Origin: a virus
Taxonomy: Duplodnaviria; Caudoviricetes
Virus record (IMG/VR): IMGVR_UViG_3300032221_000024
Location: 1-31,954 of that record
Reading direction: 5' to 3' (one strand)
DNA length: 31,954 bases
Shown: positions 27,448-31,954 of the stretch, piece by piece
How the letters are laid out: every line of letters starts with the position of its first letter
Position numbering within the stretch: position 1 is the first letter of the stretch
Program-made: the position numbers and the translations under genes
Notes under the pieces: model-generated
What the model saw: only the letters and a program-made list of their open reading frames with translations
Database searches by the model: none
What the model was told of the DNA's origin: nothing

Positions 27448-27809
27448 CAAAAGAGCAAATCGTTCAAGAGTTGCAATTTAGGGCAACTCAGAAATATCTA
27501 ATTTACTTGGCGCTCCAGGAGATTATGCTAGACAATTACGAAGACTGCACGTTTTTAAAGCATTACGACCACGACCTAACGGTTAAGCATAAAAACATTA
27601 TAAACTCGTTACAACGCAACGCAACAAAGGCATTTAAGTTTTTGGAGGGTTACGACGAAGGCGAGGCAACTATTAAGCAGTTTCACGATTTCGTCAAGTT
27701 GTTTGAGCGCATTCACGAATCTATTGACTGGGGTGGCTCAGTATATACCGACTGCTTGGCAGCCGTTGAACAAATTATTAACGATTATGAGAAGGCCAAT
27801 ACTAACTGA
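27435..27809 (+). CDS. Hypothetical protein
   Basis: 124-aa ORF in operon. Confidence 0.65.
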   Translation: MDGLTKEQIVQELQFRATQKYLIYLALQEIMLDNYEDCTFLKHYDHDLTVKHKNIINSLQRNATKAFKFLEGYDEGEATIKQFHDFVKLFERIHESIDWGGSVYTDCLAAVEQIINDYEKANTN

Positions 27810-27936
27810 AGACGAAAAGCAACTGATCTTTGAAATGTGGCAAGACAGAACGCCAACCAAGGTAATTGCTATTAAGTTAAACCGGACTTACGCTTGCATT
27901 TATTTTCAACTAAAGAAAAGGTATTTAGTTGGATAA
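27787..27936 (+). CDS. Small HTH protein
   Basis: LTEDEKQLIFEMW....TKVIAIKLNRTYACIY; ATG 27787 preferred over TTG 27703. Confidence 0.65.
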   Translation: MRRPILTEDEKQLIFEMWQDRTPTKVIAIKLNRTYACIYFQLKKRYLVG

Positions 27937-27956
27937 TTTTAAAAGCGTTATATTTG
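27929..27956 (+). promoter_or_regulatory. Promoter for the replication operon
   Basis: TTG-N17-TATATTTG; near-identical to 31414-31441. Confidence 0.7.
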
Positions 27957-27960
27957 ATAA

Positions 27961-28049
27961 ATGAAACATCCAAGAGGTCGGAGCCTTGAATGTTTCATAG
28001 GTGAAAACCAACCAGGCCCATCGACTCCGACACGATAGGGCCTTTTTTT
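27961..28049 (+). ncRNA. Candidate structured cis-regulatory RNA leader (kissing loops plus terminator)
   Basis: Three hairpins; loop GTCGGAG (27977-27983) is complementary to loop CTCCGAC (28025-28031); GAAA tetraloop; last stem runs into a U tract. Confidence 0.7.
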
Positions 28050-28056
28050 ATTTCTT

Positions 28057-28785
28057 ATGCAAGGCAAAAAATCATTTGTTCTATATACCGACCAAAGAGA
28101 GGTATTTGAGGAACTAACCGACGAAGACGCTGGAAAGTTGATTAAGCATATTTTTGCCTACGTCAACGACGAAAACCCAGAAACAAACGACAAACTTTTA
28201 AAGGTTGCTTTTTTACCAATTAAGACCCAGTTAAAAAGGGATTTGGTAGTTTGGGACGAAAAGAAACAACAACGCGCTGAGGCTGGACGTAAGGGAGGTC
28301 TAGCAAAGGCTAGCAATGCTAGCGAAGTCCTAGCAAAACCTAGCAATGCTAAGCAAAACCTAGCAAACGTGGCTGTTAATGTAAATGGTAATGTTAATGT
28401 AAATGATAATGTTAATGTAAATGGTAATGTAATAAATAAAGAAAGCGCTAACGCACTTTTTTCTTTGGATGATATCTTTAATGATTTTAATAAAGAAAAG
28501 CCTTTAAAGCGTCCGTACTTTGAGCGAATGAGCGCAGTACATTCAACAGATACAGAAACAATTAAAAGCCATTTTAAAAAATGGGCCATAATTAAAGAAG
28601 GCGAATCAATGACAATTGCAAAAGCAGAAAACTCCTTTAACCTTTATTTGTCAAATAATTTAAAAAGTAATTTTAAGGCTTCAGAGAAAAAAGAAACTTA
28701 CAACGTATTTGAGGAAATCTGGCAAGACATTCAAAAAGAAAAAGAACAATTAAAAAACCAAAACAATGACGGAGACAATTATTAA
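28057..28785 (+). CDS. Putative replication initiator (DUF6291-like N-terminus)
   Basis: KKSFVLY...LTDEDAGKLIKHIFAY; RAEAGRKGG linker; internal DNA repeats. Confidence 0.7.
   Translation: MQGKKSFVLYTDQREVFEELTDEDAGKLIKHIFAYVNDENPETNDKLLKVAFLPIKTQLKRDLVVWDEKKQQRAEAGRKGGLAKASNASEVLAKPSNAKQNLANVAVNVNGNVNVNDNVNVNGNVINKESANALFSLDDIFNDFNKEKPLKRPYFERMSAVHSTDTETIKSHFKKWAIIKEGESMTIAKAENSFNLYLSNNLKSNFKASEKKETYNVFEEIWQDIQKEKEQLKNQNNDGDNY
28300..28432. repeat. Iteron-like array plus AT-rich repeats; candidate replication origin
   Basis: CTAGC at 28300, 28310, 28319, 28330, 28340, 28360, then tandem AATGTA/AATGTT/AATGGT/AATGAT units. Confidence 0.65.
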
Positions 28786-29395
28786 ACACCTAAGAAAAAT
28801 GGAGTTCGTTTGCGGACTTAAGCAGTTTAAAGAATACAAAAAAGAGGAAGCGACCGAGTTAATTAACTGCCTAAATGATCTATTTAAAAAATTTGGCTGG
28901 ATGACCGAGGAAAGAGTAGACTACATTTTACAGGCTGGAATGCGGGGCCAATACGGCGACTTTTACCACGTTAATGAAAAGACGGTTAACGGCTGGATTA
29001 ACCAGTATTACCAGCATCACCAAAGCCAAATCGTTATGGAAATCCAAAACCTCCACAACAAAGACCGAGAACAATCCCCAGAGGAAATTGCGCACTGGAA
29101 TGAAATCGGAAAGCAGACGTTTAAAGACAACTACCAGCACGCAAAAGAAACTGGGACTTGCAGACACTTAGCAGAGTGGGGAGTTTATTGGTTTAACCGA
29201 TTCCAAGAAAAAGGCATTTTAAAACCTTGGTTGTTTAACGTTGAGGAAATCGAGCAAGACGTTCGCAAAGAATTGCGGTTAACTAGCAGATACGTTGAAG
29301 AGTCAACAGTTGGCGCCAAAACAAAAAATAAGATTTGGAAATTGTTTATTTTGGATTCGATTAAAGAGAATAAAAAACTCGACGAAATTATATGA
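28766..29395 (+). CDS. Hypothetical protein downstream of initiator (possible replication accessory)
   Basis: 209-aa ORF overlapping the initiator end; no P-loop seen. Confidence 0.6.
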   Translation: MTETIIKHLRKMEFVCGLKQFKEYKKEEATELINCLNDLFKKFGWMTEERVDYILQAGMRGQYGDFYHVNEKTVNGWINQYYQHHQSQIVMEIQNLHNKDREQSPEEIAHWNEIGKQTFKDNYQHAKETGTCRHLAEWGVYWFNRFQEKGILKPWLFNVEEIEQDVRKELRLTSRYVEESTVGAKTKNKIWKLFILDSIKENKKLDEII

Positions 29396-30600
29396 GGCAC
29401 GGCTCTCTTTTTTCTGGTATTGGCGGCTTTGACCTAGCCTCTGAGTGGATGGGTTGGGAAAACGTTTTCCATTGCGAATGGAACGAATTTGGACAGAAAG
29501 TATTAAAACATTATTGGCCTAAAGCAATTACATACAATGACATTACCAAAACAGACTTCACTATTCACAGAGGATCAATCGACATTATTACAGGAGGATT
29601 CCCTTGCCAACCCTACTCAATGGCTGGAAAACGACTCGGAAAAGAAGACGAGCGCCATCTTTGGCCAGAAATGCGTCGAGCAATTCGAGAAATTCGACCG
29701 ACCTGGGTCGTGGGCGAAAACGTTTTCGGCCTTGTTAATTGGAATGGAGGGATGGTCTTCGAAGAGGTGCAGGCTGATTTGGAGGCTGAAGGGTACGAAG
29801 TACAAGCGTTTGTTCTTCCTGCTGCAAGCGTCAACGCGCCACACAAAAGGGAACGAATCTGGATTGTTGCTCACTCCAAATCTTGTACAGATAGCGGAAA
29901 CTCCAGAGAAGTATCAAGAGAGGCAAAAGAAGAGGACAGAGAATGGACTGAATCAAGCACCTCATCCAAACAACAAATACAACTGCCTACTGAGCCAAGT
30001 ACTTTATTCGGGAATGTTACCAACTCCAACTGCAGTACAGAGAGACCATCCAGAGAGAGTGGAGGAATTAAAGAAAACTGGAGCAGAAACAATTCACAGT
30101 CGGAAAAATGGAGAATTAAGGCCGAACTCGATAATAGATTATATGAATTTTCACAATATGCTTCCGACTCCGAACTCAAGGGATTACAAAGATGCTCAGA
30201 GTCCAGAGAAATACGAAGCGAGAAAGGAGAAATGCGCGGAAAAAGGAATAAACTTGCAACTCAGTTTACCTCAATATCTAACGAATCAAATTTTGCCCAC
30301 TCCAACAACTCACGACTCAAAGCATTCTCAATTCAAAAGCCCGAGTTGGCAGAGGAGAATAGATCAACATCACCTAGCGGAAACAGTTCTAGATTCATTT
30401 GTGGAGGATTACGATGGGAAACCTTCCCAATTAGCGCCCCAATTTGTGATGGAAATGATGGGATTTCCGCCAGATTGGACGGCATTACCTTTTCTAAATG
30501 GCGAAACGAATCAATCAAAGCCGGAGGAAACGCAATCGTCCCTCAAGTAGTGCATCAAATATTTAAAGCAATCGAACAATACAACAACTTAAACAAATAA
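29392..30600 (+). CDS. DNA (cytosine-5) methyltransferase, alpha-like polypeptide (motifs I-VIII and X)
   Basis: SLFSGIGG (I), GGFPCQ (IV), ENV (VI), HKRERIW (VIII), GGNAIVPQV (X); motif IX absent from this frame. Confidence 0.9.
   Translation: MRHGSLFSGIGGFDLASEWMGWENVFHCEWNEFGQKVLKHYWPKAITYNDITKTDFTIHRGSIDIITGGFPCQPYSMAGKRLGKEDERHLWPEMRRAIREIRPTWVVGENVFGLVNWNGGMVFEEVQADLEAEGYEVQAFVLPAASVNAPHKRERIWIVAHSKSCTDSGNSREVSREAKEEDREWTESSTSSKQQIQLPTEPSTLFGNVTNSNCSTERPSRESGGIKENWSRNNSQSEKWRIKAELDNRLYEFSQYASDSELKGLQRCSESREIRSEKGEMRGKRNKLATQFTSISNESNFAHSNNSRLKAFSIQKPELAEENRSTSPSGNSSRFICGGLRWETFPISAPICDGNDGISARLDGITFSKWRNESIKAGGNAIVPQVVHQIFKAIEQYNNLNK
29537..30550 (+). CDS. Nested +1-frame ORF: beta-like methyltransferase polypeptide (target-recognition modules plus motif IX)
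   Basis: 337 codons without a stop; four (L)PTP/LTP modules; QLAPQFVMEMMGFPPDWT resembles motif IX. Confidence 0.75.
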   Translation: MTLPKQTSLFTEDQSTLLQEDSLANPTQWLENDSEKKTSAIFGQKCVEQFEKFDRPGSWAKTFSALLIGMEGWSSKRCRLIWRLKGTKYKRLFFLLQASTRHTKGNESGLLLTPNLVQIAETPEKYQERQKKRTENGLNQAPHPNNKYNCLLSQVLYSGMLPTPTAVQRDHPERVEELKKTGAETIHSRKNGELRPNSIIDYMNFHNMLPTPNSRDYKDAQSPEKYEARKEKCAEKGINLQLSLPQYLTNQILPTPTTHDSKHSQFKSPSWQRRIDQHHLAETVLDSFVEDYDGKPSQLAPQFVMEMMGFPPDWTALPFLNGETNQSKPEETQSSLK

Positions 30601-30605
30601 AAAAA

Positions 30606-30905
30606 ATGGAAGCAATTTACGCTGGAACTGCAAAGATAGTTCCAACCAAATTTGGAGAAATGACTAAGGTGAGTTTTAACAGAACGGACCTAGAGAAAAT
30701 GGTTAAATTCCTAAACGAAAACGATACTGAGTGGATTAACTTGGTGATTAAAGAGAAAAAGGAAAAGCAACCTGGCAAGCCAACGCATTACTTGCAAGTC
30801 GATGACTGGAAACCGACCGCGGTAAAGGAAAAAAACGAGTTTGTTTCAGCAGTTTTTAAAAAGCAAATGAATCAAGAATATGAAAAAGAGACTTTGCCTT
30901 TTTAA
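30606..30905 (+). CDS. Possible SSB-like protein
   Basis: Beta-rich core; C-terminal tail ending ETLPF. Confidence 0.45.
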   Translation: MEAIYAGTAKIVPTKFGEMTKVSFNRTDLEKMVKFLNENDTEWINLVIKEKKEKQPGKPTHYLQVDDWKPTAVKEKNEFVSAVFKKQMNQEYEKETLPF

Positions 30906-31056
30906 GCCAAGCCAAGAAAATCTATTTAGCATCGTTAACACGGTGCTAAGTGTTTTCGCTTTAATGCATTTTAAAATGCCGTTTGGCTTTTTGTTTATGG
31001 TCTTGGTTGCATTGTTTACAATTGCAATGGATCAAGTTTACAAAGCCTGTAAATGA
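30880..31056 (+). CDS. Small membrane protein (58 aa), not in ORF track
   Basis: Two hydrophobic stretches; ATGA-coupled to RusA. Confidence 0.5.
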   Translation: MKKRLCLFKPSQENLFSIVNTVLSVFALMHFKMPFGFLFMVLVALFTIAMDQVYKACK

Positions 31057-31394
31057 TTAGTTTTAAACTAAACGAAAAGCCTTTAAGCGTAAACCTAGCC
31101 TGGCAAGGGAAGCGCTTTAAATCGCCAGCATATAAGAGTTATCAGGAGGCAATGCTTTTATTAATGCCAAAGGCTAAGATTGACGCAGAGCAAATGCTTA
31201 GGATTGAGTTTTTTTTCGGCTTTAGCAACAAGGCAAGCGACCTCGATAACCCGGTAAAACTCCTTTTGGATATTGCGCAAAAAAAGTACGGCTTTAACGA
31301 CAAAAACGTTTTTGAGTTGAACGTCCGCAAATGCATTGTAAAGAAAGGCGAGGAATTTATACAAATGGGAATTTACCCTTTATTACCTTTTTAA
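31053..31394 (+). CDS. rusA: RusA-like Holliday junction resolvase
   Basis: PLSVN, SDLDNPVKLLLD, NDKNV. Confidence 0.8.
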   Translation: MISFKLNEKPLSVNLAWQGKRFKSPAYKSYQEAMLLLMPKAKIDAEQMLRIEFFFGFSNKASDLDNPVKLLLDIAQKKYGFNDKNVFELNVRKCIVKKGEEFIQMGIYPLLPF

Positions 31395-31413
31395 ACAAAT
31401 TATCTGTTTTTGA

Positions 31414-31441
31414 TTGGATAATTATTTAAAAGTTATATTTG
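31414..31441 (+). promoter_or_regulatory. Bacteroidota-type promoter
   Basis: TTG-N17-TATATTTG. Confidence 0.7.
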
Positions 31442-31457
31442 CAGAAACAACAACAAA

Positions 31458-31661
31458 ATGAGTTTAGAAGAGGGTCGACTAATTAGACAAGCACGAAAGC
31501 GCAGCGGATTTACGCAAATAGATTTAGCGGATAAAATTGGGATTAGTTTCCAGCCTATTAACAGAATAGAGAATGGATTTGAAAGCGTTTCCCTACACAA
31601 CTTGCGGCTTATTTGCGAGGCTATTGGATTAGAGGTAATAATTCAGAATAAGAATGCCTAA
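31458..31661 (+). CDS. XRE/Cro-family HTH regulator
   Basis: IRQARKRSGFTQIDLADKIGISFQPINRIENG...SLHNLRLICEAIG. Confidence 0.88.
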   Translation: MSLEEGRLIRQARKRSGFTQIDLADKIGISFQPINRIENGFESVSLHNLRLICEAIGLEVIIQNKNA

Positions 31662-31905
31662 AGGATTGCCGAAAAGTAAATTAGATTATTCGCTGGAGAT
31701 TCGTTACCGCTTACGGGATGGCAATTGGAGCGAGTGGAATAACAAAGGCAAAGGATGCTTTACTAGCATTGAAGTTGTGCAGCGTCAAATTAGACTGATT
31801 GCCGCGGCTTACCAAGGTCGAGAAAAAGAGGTAAGGTTTGAGCATAACGGTAAACTTTGCGACTTTGCTGGAAACGTTACAAATGCAGTAATAAAATTAA
31901 TTTAG
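31654..31905 (+). CDS. Hypothetical protein
   Basis: 83-aa ORF overlapping the XRE gene end; followed by the terminator in the terminal repeat. Confidence 0.65.
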   Translation: MPKGLPKSKLDYSLEIRYRLRDGNWSEWNNKGKGCFTSIEVVQRQIRLIAAAYQGREKEVRFEHNGKLCDFAGNVTNAVIKLI

Positions 31906-31954
31906 TGTTTTTTTGGGTTTATGTTTTGTAGTAAAGCCTTGTCCAATCGGGCAA
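31832..31954. repeat. Terminal direct repeat, copy 2
   Basis: Identical to 1-123. Confidence 0.95.

Noticed and set aside
27961-28049. tRNA gene
   Set aside because: No acceptor stem, T-loop or cloverleaf; the hairpins are sequential. I saw no tRNA elsewhere either.
28300-28432. CRISPR-like array
   Set aside because: Units are 5-10 bp with no unique spacers and lie within a CDS.
29613-30518. Minus-strand ORFs within the methyltransferase locus
   Set aside because: No motifs; likely by-products of the dual-coding constraint on the plus strand.
1-31954. Alternative genetic code (stop codon reassignment)
   Set aside because: Core genes are intact under the standard code, and TAA, TGA and TAG all end well-supported genes.

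Overview
The window looks like a complete, circularly closed genome (about 31.83 kb unique; the first 123 bp recur exactly as the last 123 bp) of a small tailed siphovirus-type phage. The host is most likely in Bacteroidota, based on TAnnTTTG -7 promoter boxes with an upstream TTG/TTTG, A-rich initiation regions without Shine-Dalgarno sites, and GNVGIGT tail-fibre repeats. Gene order: SAM methyltransferase, TerS, TerL, portal, gp7/F, GT25 glycosyltransferase, prohead protease, HK97-type capsid, GT4 glycosyltransferase, neck genes, two paralogous tail-tube genes, frameshifted G/GT chaperones, tape measure, large tail protein with a 7-repeat propeller insert, modular tail fibre, lysis region (holin-like peptides, metallophosphoesterase, M15 peptidase), two minus-strand genes, then an early/replication arm (ERF, Gp157, HTH proteins, initiator with iteron-like repeats, C5 DNA methyltransferase, SSB-like protein, RusA, XRE). 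I recognised no integrase, polymerase or helicase. The most notable observations are: (1) a compact three-hairpin RNA leader with a perfect 7-bp loop-loop complement and a terminator directly upstream of the replication initiator; (2) a C5 methyltransferase split over two overlapping frames, with about 1 kb dual-coded and the nested frame carrying motif IX and four (L)PTP modules; (3) two glycosyltransferases embedded in the head operon, plus a nearby methyltransferase, suggesting virion glycosylation. All family assignments are from motif recognition by eye, not database searches.
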